A stretch of 64,000 bases of DNA from Eledone cirrhosa (taxonomy: Eukaryota), in assembly GCA_964016885.1 (NCBI GenBank), contig OZ024743.1:207142001-207206000 (forward strand), given 5' to 3'. Below the pieces are notes generated by a model, which saw nothing but the letters and a program-made list of their open reading frames with translations, did not search any database and was not told where the DNA came from. This document shows, piece after piece, positions 10,937-24,900 of this stretch; the first letter of the stretch is position 1, and every line of letters begins with the position of its first letter. The position numbers and the translations under genes are program-made.

Positions 10937-11048
10937 TGCTCTGAGGAAACAGTGGTCACAGCATTGGATATTTGAGTTCTGCAAGTACTTGTGAATTTGC
11001 ACATAGCATGACTAGGCTGTAGTACCACCGTGGAAACACTTGTAAGCA
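10937..11048 (+). ncRNA. Type-I hammerhead with a long stem II in the PLE pseudo-LTR
   Basis: Stem I TGCT/AGCA; CTGAGGA (10941-10947); stem II ACAGTGGT...ACAGC / GCTGT...ACCACCGT; GAAAC-ACTT-GTA, predicted cut after 11044. The base pair closing stem II is an A-G mismatch. Confidence 0.72.
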
Positions 11049-11264
11049 CACGGAATAAATTATCTTTTTATGATGTCTACCTGTTATTATTCATTCTTTA
11101 TATACACTCCGGAATACAGAAGGATCAGGAACTAAGTTTCTTCAACAATTCTTCCATAACTTGTAGAGTAACCTCTTACCGTATGTCAACCATATCCAGT
11201 GTAGTAATTAACCATTACTACATCTTGGATAATCCTATACCTAATTATATATATATATATATAT

Positions 11265-11753
11265 AACGAAGGAAATGTGGTAAGGAACCAGATGGACCAT
11301 AACGCACCAAAGTACTCAATACTTAGGGTAGTAGAGTGGGTAATAGGAACAAGTATGACCCCGACGGCAGAGCTCCAGCCGTTTCGATGGCTAATTCTGG
11401 ACTAAATAAGAATTTTTAGCCTGGTAAATAAATAGCCGAACTTCTCAGGGGGTAATTCCTTATATGGGAAGATGGTAATTGTCAAAAGGATTGGTAAAAA
11501 ATTTGGGTTTTCCCCACTCCCTCTTTGTTCTACCGGCAAGTTCAGTTAGCCCTACCTCCCACTAAATGCCATGATAGAATCATCTGTCTTTACAATAAAT
11601 TTTTGACTAATCCTTTTGACAATTACTATCTTCCCATATAAGGAATTACCCCCTGAGAAGTTCGGCTATTTATTTACCAGGCTAAAAATTCTTATTTAGT
11701 CCAGAATTAGCCGTCGAAACGGCTTGAGCTCTGCCGTCGGGGTCATACTTGTA

Positions 11754-11758
<5 letters not shown>
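11265..11758 (-). mobile_element. Fold-back PLE-type 3' fragment with ~160-bp inverted arms
   Basis: 11343-11504 is nearly perfectly inverted at 11597-11758. Each arm carries a hammerhead-like motif, and (TA)n flanks both sides. Confidence 0.8.
11648..11743 (+). ncRNA. Hammerhead-like motif with a variant core (mirror copy on the minus strand at about 11358-11454)
   Basis: Stem I ACCCC/GGGGT; core CTGAGAAG (non-canonical); stem II CGGCTA/TAGCCG; GAAAC-GGC...GCC-GTC, predicted cut after 11738. Confidence 0.62.
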
Positions 11759-11788
<30 letters not shown>

Positions 11789-11820
11789 CATATATTATTT
11801 AACAGTATATATATATATAT

Positions 11821-12074
11821 AACAAAGAAGGTGTGGTAAGATACCAGGTAGATTATAACGCACCAGAGTACTCAATACTTAGGGTAGTAGAGTGGGTAAT
11901 AGGAAAAGAGTCAGGACCCCACCGGCTGAACGCCGTCAAAACGGCCGGTGCTCAGTCGTCGGGGTACTGACTTGGGTAGTAGACTGGGTAATAGGAAAAG
12001 AGTCAGGACCCCGACGGCTAAGCTCTGTTGAAATGGCCGGAGCTCAGCCGTCGAGGTCCTGACTCTTTTCCTAT
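11821..12074 (-). mobile_element. Second, shorter member of the same family, with two tandem fold-back hairpins
   Basis: 11821-11905 is homologous to 11265-11349 (ATAACGCACCA.AGTACTCAATACTTAGGGTAGTAGAGTGGGTAATAGGAA). Hairpins lie at 11909-11972 and 11991-12074. Confidence 0.75.
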
Positions 12075-12085
12075 ATATATATATA

Positions 12086-12575
12086 CGTGAAAGGGTGGTA
12101 GGATTGATGCCAAGCCCCACACACTCATTCTTCTAAAGACATCAGCAGCAGAACTAAGGCTGACCTGCCAGCTGACCCCCTAACACCAATAAACACAAGG
12201 GAGGAGGTCAGCTGTACTTAACAAAAACAACCACAGCAGATTGTCTTGCCTCAGAAAAAGATTTCTATAGACTTTTGACTGAGGAATGTTCTCACAACAG
12301 ACCAATGGGAGGAGAGAGTGTCCTATGATGCTGAAATTCGTTTGTTCGAATTCATATGATTCCAGTTCCTCAGAGAAATAACAACACAACCAAGAGCTGG
12401 ACATATCGGAGTATTGACGGAGTAAAGCACTTTAACAACATGTGTACCTGTCTCTACCACACCAATTCAGACTGCCTGAAGAGGTCACAGCCAATGATAG
12501 CTGTCACCGAAATATATATAGCAGTACATCTTTAATAAACGAAGGCAAATCTTAAATATTTGACTTAATTACTTT
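12086..12575 (+). mobile_element. PLE-type 3' UTR/pseudo-LTR fragment between (TA)n tracts
   Basis: Contains a minimal hammerhead immediately followed by AATAAA (12534-12539), and is bounded by TA microsatellites. Confidence 0.62.
12471..12525 (+). ncRNA. Minimal type-I hammerhead ribozyme with a palindromic stem III
   Basis: Stem I ACTGC/GCAGT; CTGAAGA (12476-12482); stem II GGTCACAGC/GCTGTCACC (one mismatch); GAAA (12509-12512); TATAT-ATA, predicted cut after 12520. Confidence 0.85.
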
Positions 12576-12582
12576 ATTTTAT

Positions 12583-12619
<37 letters not shown>

Positions 12620-12920
12620 CTGCGTGTGTGTGTGTGTGTATGTATATATATATATATACACACACACATGTATACACACACATAAACTAATACAAACACG
12701 CATGCTAAACACAAACACACCAACTCACACACAACACATCCACCAACATTTACACAATTCACATCCTCACACATCCCCTCCTCCACCATCATCTCCCCAA
12801 TCACTCCATGCCCCCCCCCCCCACCATCATCACCACCCCAATCATTCACACACACCCACACGTTCTAACAGAAGGGCGAAAGGATTGCCTACTGATCACA
12901 GCTGAGCTCTCTTCCTGTCT

Positions 12921-15900
12921 TTATACCACCGCCACCATTGCAACAGCAACAGTTACAACAACAAAAGGAGCACCAACACTACCGTTGCAATCAACAACAA
13001 AAGTAATATAACCACCACCACCGCCACCACCACCACCATCAACAACAACACCACTGCCACCGCCACCACCACCAACAACAACAACAACAGTAACACCACC
13101 ACCACCACCACCACCAACAGTAACACCACCACCACCACCGCCACCATCAACAACAACACTACCACCACCACTACCAACAGCAACAACAACAGTAAGACCA
13201 GCACCACCACCGCCACCACCAACAGTAACAGCACCACCACCACCGCCGCCACCAACAGTAACACCACCACCACCACCGCCACCATCAACAACAACACTAC
13301 CACCACCACTACCAACAACAACAACAACAGTAACACCAACAGTAACACCACCACCACCACCGACGCCACCAACAGTAACGCCACCACCACCACCACCAAC
13401 AGTAACACCACCACCACCACCGCCACCACCAACAGTAACACCACCACCACCACCACCACCACCGCCGCCACCAACAGTAACACCACCACCACCAACAACA
13501 GTAACACCACCGCCACCAACAACAGTAACACCACCACCACCAACACCACCACCACCACCACCACCGCCGCCACCAACAGTAACACCACCACCACCACCAC
13601 CACCACCGCCACCACCAACAGTAACACCACCACCACCACCACCACCACCACCACCACCACCACCACCACCACCACCACCGCCACCACCAACAGTAACACC
13701 ACCACCACCACCACCACCACCGCCGCCACCATCACCACCACCACCACCACCACCACCACCGCCGCCACCAACAGTAACACCACCACCACCACCACCACCA
13801 CCACCACCACCGCCACCACCAACAGTAACACCACCACCACCACCACCGCCACCACCAACAGTAACACCACCACCACCACCACCGCCACCACCACCGCCAC
13901 CACCAACAGTAACACCACCACCACCACCACCGCCGCCACCAACAGTAACACCACCACCACCACCACCACCACCGCCGCCACCAACAGTAACACCACCACC
14001 ACCACCACCGCCACCACCAACAGTAACACCACCATCACCACCACCGCCACCACCAACAGTAACACCACCACCACCATCACCACCACCACCGCCAACAGTA
14101 ACACCACCACCACCACCACCACCACTACCACCAACAACAAAACCATCACCACTACCACCAACACCAACACCATCACCACTACCACCAACACCAACATCAT
14201 CACCACTACCACCAACACCAACACCATCAGCACTACCACCAACACTATCACCATCACCACTACCACCAACACCAACACCATCAGCACTACCACCAACAAC
14301 AACACCATCAGCACTACCACCAACAACAACACCATCACCACTACCACCAACAGCAACACCATCACCACTACCACCAACAACAACACCATCACCACTACCA
14401 CCAACAACACCATCACCACTACCACCAACACTATCACCAACACCACTACCACCAACAACCTCACCATCACCACTATCACCAACACCAACACCATCACCAC
14501 TACCACCAACACCGACACTATCACCACTACCACCAACAACAACACCATCACCACTACCACCAACACCAACACCATCACCACTGCCACCAAAACCAACACC
14601 ATCACCACTACCACCAACACCAACACCATCACCACTACCACCAACAACAACACCATCACCACTACCACCAACAACAACACCATCACCAATACCACCAACA
14701 CCAACACCATCACCACTACCACCAACAACAACACCATCACCACTACAAACAACACCAACACCATCACCACTAGCACCAACAACAACACCATCACCACTAC
14801 CACCAACAACAACACCAACACAACTACCACCAACACCAACACCATCACCACTACCACCAACAACAACACCAACATCACTACCACCAACACCAACACCATC
14901 ACCACTACCACAAACACCAACACCATCACCACTACCACCAACACCAACACCATCACCACTACCACCATCAGCAACACCATCACCACTACCACCATAAAAC
15001 AACACCATCACCACTACCACCAACACCAACACCATCACCGCTACCACCAACACCAGCACCATCACCGCTACCACCAACAGCAACACCAACGCCATCACCA
15101 CTACCACCAACACCAACACCATCACCACTACCACCAACAACAACACCATCACCACTACCAACAACAACAACACCATCACCACTACCACCAACAACAACAC
15201 CATCACCACTACCACCAACAAAAACACCATCACCACTACCACCAACACCAACACCATCACCACTACCACCAACACCAGCACCATCACCGCTACCACCAAC
15301 AGCAACACCAACGCCATCACCACTACCACCAACACCAACACCATCACCACTACCACCAACAACAACACCATCAACACTACCACCAACAAAAACACCATCA
15401 CCACTACCACCAACACCAACACCATCACCACTACCACCAACAACAACACCATCACCACTACCACCAACACCAACACCATCACCACTACCACCAACAACAA
15501 CACCATCACCACTACCACCAACAACAACGCCATCACCACTACCACCAACACCAACACCATCACCAGCAACAACAACACCATCACCACTACCACCAACAAC
15601 AACACCATCACCACTACCACCAACACCAACACCATCACCACTACAACCAACACCATCACCATCACCACTACCACCAACAACAAAACCATCACCACTACCA
15701 CTACCACCAACACCATCACCACTACCACCAACAACAACACCATCACCACTACCACTACCACCAACACCATCACCACTACCACCAACAACAACACCACCAC
15801 CACTACCACCACCACCACCACCACCACCACCACCACCACCGCACCACCAACAGTAACACCACCACCGCCACCACCAACAGTAACACCACCACCACCACCA

Positions 15901-18900
15901 CCACCGCCGCCGCCACCAACAGTAACAACACCACCACCAACAACAGTAACACCACCGCCACCAACAACAGTAACACCACCACCACCACCACCACCGCCAC
16001 CACCACCGCCACCACCACCGCCGCCACCAACAGTAACACCACCACCACCACCACCACCACCACCGCCGCCACCAACAGTAACACCACCACCACCACCGCC
16101 ACCACCAACAGTAACACCACCACCACCACCACCACCACCACCATCACCACCACCACCACCGTCACCACCAACAGTAACACCACCACCACCACCACCACCA
16201 CCACCAACAACAACACTATCACCACTACCACCAACAACAACACCATCACCACTACCACCAACACCAACACCATCACCACTACCACCAACAACAACACCAT
16301 CACCACTACCACCAACACCAACACCATCACCACTACCACCAACAACAACACCATCACCACTACCACCAACAACAACACCATCACCACTACCACCAACACC
16401 AACACCATCACCACTACCACCAACAACAACACCAACACAACTACCACCAACACCAACACCATCACCACTACCACCAACAACAACACCAACACCACTACCA
16501 CCAACAACAACACCATCACCACTACCACCAACACCAACACCATCACCACTACCACCAACAACAACACCAACACAACTACCACCAACACCAACACCATCAC
16601 CACTACCACCAACAACAACACCAACACCACTACCACCAACAACAACACCATCACCACTACCACCAACACCAACACCATCACCACTACCACCAACACCAAC
16701 ACCATCACCACTACCACCAACAGTAACACCACCACCACCACCGCCGCCACCAACAGTAACACCACCACCACCACCACCACCACCACCACCACCACCACCA
16801 CCACCGCCACCACCAACAGTAACACCACCACCGCCACCAACAACAGTAACACCACCGCCACCAACAACAGTAACACAACCACCACCACCACCACCGCCAC
16901 CACCACCGCCGCCACCAACAGTAACACCACCACCACCACCACCACCACCACCGCCGCCACCAACAGTAACACCACCACCACCACCACCACCACCGCCGCC
17001 ACCAACAGTAACACCACCACCACCACCACCACCACCGCCGCCACCAACAGTAACACCACCACCACCACCACCACCACCACCATCACCACCACCACCACCG
17101 CCAACACCAACAGTAACACCACCACCACCACCACCACCACCACCAACAACAACACTATCACCACTACCACCAACACCAACACCATCACCACTACCACCAT
17201 CAGCAACACCATCACCACTACCACCAACAACAACACCATCACCACTACCACCAACACCAACACCATCACCGCTACCACCAACACCAGCACCATCACCGCT
17301 ACCACCAACAGCAACACCAACGCCATCACCACTACCACCAACACCAACACCATCACCACTACCACCAACAACAACACCATCACCACTACCAACAACAACA
17401 ACACCATCACCACTACCACCAACAACAACACCATCACCACTACCACCAACAAAAACACCATCAACACTACCACCAACACCAACACCATCACCACTACCAC
17501 CAACACCAGCACCATCACCGCTACCACCAACAGCAACACCAACGCCATCACCACTACCACCAACACCAACACCATCACCACTACCACCAACAACAACACC
17601 ATCAACACTACCACCAACAAAAACACCATCACCACTACCACCAACACCAACACCATCACCACTACCACCAACAACAACACCATCACCACTACCACCAACA
17701 CCAACACCATCACCACTACCACCAACAACAACACCATCACCACTACCACCAACAACAACGCCATCACCACTAACACCAACACCAACACCATCACCAGCAA
17801 CAACAACACCATCACCACTACCACCAACAACAACACCATCACCACTACCACCAACACCAACACCATCACCACTACTACCAACACCATCACCATCACCACT
17901 ACCACCAACAACAAAACCATCACCACTACCACTACCACCAACACCATCACCACTACCACCACCAACAACACCATCACCACTACCACTACCACCAACACCA
18001 TCACCACTACCACCAACAACAACACCACCACCACCACCACCACCACCACCACCACCACCGCACCACCAACAGTAACACCACCACCGCCACCACCAACAGT
18101 AACACCACCACCACCACCACCACCGCCGCCGCCACCAACAGTAACAACACCACCACCAACAACAGTAACACCACCGCCACCAACAACAGTAACACCACCA
18201 CCACCACCACCACCGCCACCACCACCGCCACCACCAACAGTAACACCACCACCACCACCACCACCACCACCACCGCCGCCACCAACAGTAACACCACCAC
18301 CACCACCACCACCAACAACAACACTATCACCACTACCACCAACAACAACACCATCACCACTACCACCAACACCATCACCACTACCACCAACAACAACACC
18401 ATCACCACTACCACCAACACCAACACCATCACCACTACCACCAACAACAACACCATCACCACTACCACCAACAACAACACCATCACCACTACCACCAACA
18501 CCAACACCATCACCACTACCACCAACAACAACACCAACACAACTACCACCAACACCAACACCATCACCACTACCACCAACAACAACACCAACACCACTAC
18601 CACCAACAACAACACCATCACCACTACCACCAACACCAACACCATCACCACTACCACCAACAACAACACCAACACAACTACCACCAACACCAACACCATC
18701 ACCACTACCACCAACAACAACACCAACACCACTACCACCAACAACAACACCATCACCACTACCACCAACACCAACACCATCACTACTACCACCAACACCA
18801 ACACCATCACCACTACCACCAACAGTAACACCACCACCACCACCGCCGCCACCAACAGTAACACCACCACCGCCACCACCAACAGTAACACCACCACCAC

Positions 18901-21900
18901 CACCACCACCACCACCGCCGCCACCGACAGTAACAACACCACCACCAACAACAGTAACACCACCGCCACCAACAACAGTAACACCACCACCACCACCACC
19001 ACCACCGCCACCACCACCGCCGCCACCAACAGTAACACCACCACCACCACCACCACCACCACCAGCGCCACCACCAACAGTAACACCACCACCACCACCA
19101 TCACCACCGCCGCCACCAACAGTAACACCACCACTACCACCACCACCACCACCACCACCACCACCGCCGCCGCCCAACAGTAACACCACCACCACCACCA
19201 TCACCAGCAACAACAACACCATCAACACTACCACCAACAACAACACCATCACCACTACCACCAACACCAACACCATCACCACTACTACCAACACCATCAC
19301 CATCACCACTACCACCAACAACAAAACCATCACCACTACCACTACCACCAACACAATCACCACTACCACCACCAACAACACCATCACCACTACCACTACC
19401 ACCAACACCATCACCACTACCACCAACAACAACACCATCACCACCACCAACAACACCATCACTACTACCACCACCGCCACCACCAACAGTAACACCACCA
19501 CCAACACCGCCGCCACCAACAGTAACACCACCACCACCACCACCACCACTACCACCACCGCCACCACCAACAGTAACACCACCACCGCCACCACCAACAG
19601 TAACACCACCACCACCACCACCACCACCGCCGCCACCAACAGTAACAACACCACCACCAACAACAGTAACACCACCGCCACCAACAACAGTAACACCACC
19701 ACCACCACCACCACCACCACCACCACCACCGCCGCCACCAACAGTAACACCACCACCACCACCACCACCGGCGCCACCAACAGTAACACCACCACCACTA
19801 CCACCACCACCACCACCACCACCACCACCACCACCGCCACGACCAACAGTAACACCAACAGTAACACCACCACCACCACCACCACCACCGCCGCCACCAA
19901 CAGTAACACCACCAGCACCACCGCCAACACCACCACCACCACCGCCACCACCACCACCACCACCACCACCACCACCACCACCACCACCGCCACCAACAGT
20001 AACACCACCACCACCACCATCACCACCACCACCACCACCGCCGCCACCAACAGTAACACCACCACCACCACCACCACCACCGCCACCACCAACAGTAACA
20101 CCACCACCACCACCACCGCCACCACCAACAGTAACACCACCACCACCACCACCGCCACCACCAACAGTAACACCACCACCACCACCACCGCCACCACCAG
20201 CAGTAACACCACCACCACCACCACCACCACCACCGCCACCACCAACAGTAACACCACCACCACCACCACCACCACCGCCACCACCAACAGTAACACCACT
20301 ACCACCACCACCACCACCGCCACCACCAACAGTAACACCACCACCACCACCACCGCCGCCATCAACAGTAACACCACTACCACCACCACCACCACCGCCG
20401 CCACCAACAGTAACACCATCACCACTACCACCAACAACAACACCATCACCACTACCACCAACAGCAACACCATCACCACTACCACCAAAAACAACACCAT
20501 CACCACTACCACCAACACCAAAACCATCACCACCACCACCAACAACAACACCAACACAACTACCACCAAGACCAACACCATCACCACTACCACCAACAAC
20601 AACACCAACATCACTACCACCAACACCAACACCATCACCACTACCACCAACACCAACACCATCACCACTACCACCAACACCAACACCATCACCACTACCA
20701 CCATCAGCAACACCATCACCACTACCACCAACAACAACACCATCACCACTACCACCAACACCAACACCATCACCGCTACCACCAACACCAGCACCATCAC
20801 CGCTACCACCAACAGCAACACCAACGCCATCACCACTACCACCAACACCAACACCATCACCACTACCACCAACAACAACACCATCACCACTACCAACAAC
20901 AACAACACCATCACCACTACCACCAACAACAACACCATCACCACTACCACCAACAAAAACACCATCACCACTACCACCAACACCAACACCATCACCACTA
21001 CCACCAACACCAGCACCATCACCGCTACCACCAACGGCAACACCAACGCCATCACCACTACCACCAACACCAACACCATCACCACTACCACCAACAACAA
21101 CACCATCACCACTACCACCAACAACAACACCATCACCACTACCACCAACACCAACACCATCACCACTACCACCAACAACAACACCATCACCACTACCACC
21201 AACAAAAACACCATCACCACTACCACCAACACCAACACCATCACCACTACCACCAACAACAACACCATCACCACTACCACCAACACCAACACCATCACCA
21301 CTACCACCAACAACAACACCATCACCACTACCATCAACACCAACACCATCACCACTACCACCAAAAACAACACCATCACCACTACCACCAACACCAACAC
21401 CATCACCACTACCACCAACAACAACACCATCACCACTACCACCAACAACAACACCATCACAACTACCACCAACACCAACACCATCACCACTACCACCAAC
21501 AACAACACCATCACCACTACCACCAACAAAAACACCATCACCACTACCGCCAACACCAACACCATCACCACTACCACCAACAACAACACCATCACCAGTA
21601 CCACCAACACCAACACCATCACCACTACCACCAACACCAACACCATCACCACTACCACCAACACAAACACCATCACCACTACCACCAACAACAACACCAT
21701 CAACACTACCACCAACAACAACACCATCACCACTACCACCAACACCAACACCATCACCACTACCACCAATGCCAGCACCATCACCACTACCACCAACAAC
21801 AACACCATCACCACTACCACCAACGCCAACACCATCACTACTACCACCAACAACAACACCATCACCACTACCACCAACACCAACACCATCACCACTAGCA

Positions 21901-24900
21901 CCAACAACAACACCATCACCACTACCACCAACAACAACACCATCACCACTACCACCAACAACAACACCATCACCACTACCACCAACACCAACACCATCAC
22001 CACTACCACCAACACCAACACCATCACCACTACCACCAACAACAACACCATCACCACTACCACCAACACCAACACCATCACCACTAGCACCAACAAAAAA
22101 ACCATCACCACTACCACCAACAACAACACCATCACCACTACCACCAACAACAACACCATCACCACTACCACCAACACCAACACCATCACCACTAGCACCA
22201 ACAACAACACCATCACCACTACCACCAACAACAACACCATCACCACTACCACCAACACCAACACCATCACCACTACCACCAACACCAACACCATCACCAC
22301 TACCACCAACAACAACACCATCACCACTACCTCCAACACCAACACCATCACCACTACCACCAACAACAACACCAACACAACTACCACCAACACCAACACC
22401 ATCACCACTACCACCAACAACAACACCAACACCACTACCACCAACAACAACACCATCACCACTACCACCAACAACAACACCATCACCACTACCACCAACA
22501 CCAACACCATCACCACTACCACCAACACCAACACCATCACCACTACCACCATCAGCAACACCATCACCACTACCACCAACAACAACACCATCACCACCAC
22601 CACCAACAACAACACCATCACCACTACCATCAACAGCAACACCATCACCACTACCACCAACACCAACACCATCACCACTACCACCAACAACAACACCATC
22701 ACCACTACCACCAACATCAACACCATCACCACTACTACCAACACCATCACCATCACCACTACCACCAACACCAACACCATCACCACTACCACCAACACCA
22801 TCACCACTACTACCAACACCATCACCATCACGACTACCACGAACAACAAAACCAACACCACTACCACTACCACCAACACCATCACCACTACCACCACCAA
22901 CAACACCATCACCACTACCACTACCACCAACACCATCACCACTACCACCAACAACAACACCATCACCACCACCACCACACCATCACTACTACCACCACCG
23001 CCACCACCAACAGTAACACCACCACCACCACCGCCGCCACCAACAGTAACACCACCACCACCACCACCGCCACCACCAACAGTAACACCACCACCGCCAC
23101 CACCAACAGTAACACCACCACCGCCACCACCAACAGTAACACCACCACCACCACCACCACCACCGCCGCCACCAACAGTAACACCGCTACCACCACCACC
23201 ACCACAACCACCACCACCCCCGCCACCACCAACAGTAACACCACCACCACCACCACTACCACCAACACCAACACCATCACCACTACCACCAACACCAAAC
23301 CATCACCACTACCACCAACACCAACACCATCATCACTACCACCAACACCAACACCATCACCACTACCACCAACAGCAACACCATCAACACTACCACCAAC
23401 ACCAACACCATCACCACTACCACCAACACCAACACCATCACCACTACCACCAACAACAACACCATCACCATTACTACCAACAACAACACCATCACCACTA
23501 CCATCAACAGCAACACCATCACCACTAACACCAACACCAACACCATCACCACTACCACCAACAACAACACCATCACCACTACCATCAACAGCAACACCAT
23601 CACCACTACCACCAACACCAACACCATCACCACTACCACCAACAACAACACCATCACCACTACCACCATCACAAACACCATCACCACTACCACCAACAAC
23701 AACACCATCACCACTACCACCAACACCAACACCATCACCGCTACCACCAACAGCAACACCAACGCCATCTCCACTACCACCAACACCAACACCATCACCA
23801 CTACCACCAACAACAACACCATCACCACTACCACCAACACCAACACCATCACCACTACCACCAACACCAACACCATCACCACTAGCACCAACAACAACAC
23901 CATCACCACTACCACCAACAACAACACCATCACCACTACCACCAACAACAACACCATCACCATTACCACCAACACCAACACCATCACCACTACCACCAAC
24001 AACAACACCAACACCACTACCACCAACACCAACACCATCACCACTACTAACAACAACACCAACACAATAACCACCAACACCAACACCATCACCACTACCA
24101 CCAACAACAACACCAACACCACTACCACCAACAACAACACATCACCACTACCACCAACACCAACACCATCACCACTACCACCAACACCAACACCATCACC
24201 ACTACCACCAACACCAACACCATCACCACTACCACCATCAGCAACACCATCACCACTACCATCAACACCAACACCATCACCACTACCACCAACGCCAACA
24301 CCATCACCACTACCACCAACAACAACGCCATCACCACTACCACCAACACCAACACCATCACCACTACCACCAACAACAACACCATCACCACTACCACCAA
24401 CAACAACACCATCACCACTACCACCAACAACAACACCATCACCATTACCACCAACAACAACACCATCACCACTACCACCAACACCAACACCATCACCACT
24501 ACCACCAATGCCAACACCATCACCACTACCACCAACAACAACACCATCACCACTACCACCAACTACAACACCATCACCACTACCACCAACACCATCACCA
24601 CTACCACCAACACCAACACCATCACCACTACCACCAACACCAACACCATCACCACTACCACCAACACCAACACCATCATCACTACCACCAACACCAACAC
24701 CATCACCACTACCATCAACAGCAACACCATCACCACTACCACCAACACCAACACCATCACCACTAGCACCAACAACAACACCATCACCACTACCACCAAC
24801 AACAACACCATCACCACTACCACCAACACCAACACCATCACCGCTACCACCAACAGCAACACCAACGCCATCACCACTACCACCAACACCAACACCATCA

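Larger units (their letters stand above)
9237..11095 (+). mobile_element. 5'-truncated Penelope-like retroelement with an inverted pseudo-LTR
   Basis: 9237-9360 is the reverse complement of 10972-11095 (few mismatches). It encloses an RT-end/GIY-YIG ORF and a 3' UTR with a hammerhead and AATAAA (11054-11059), and is flanked by TA runs. Confidence 0.9.
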
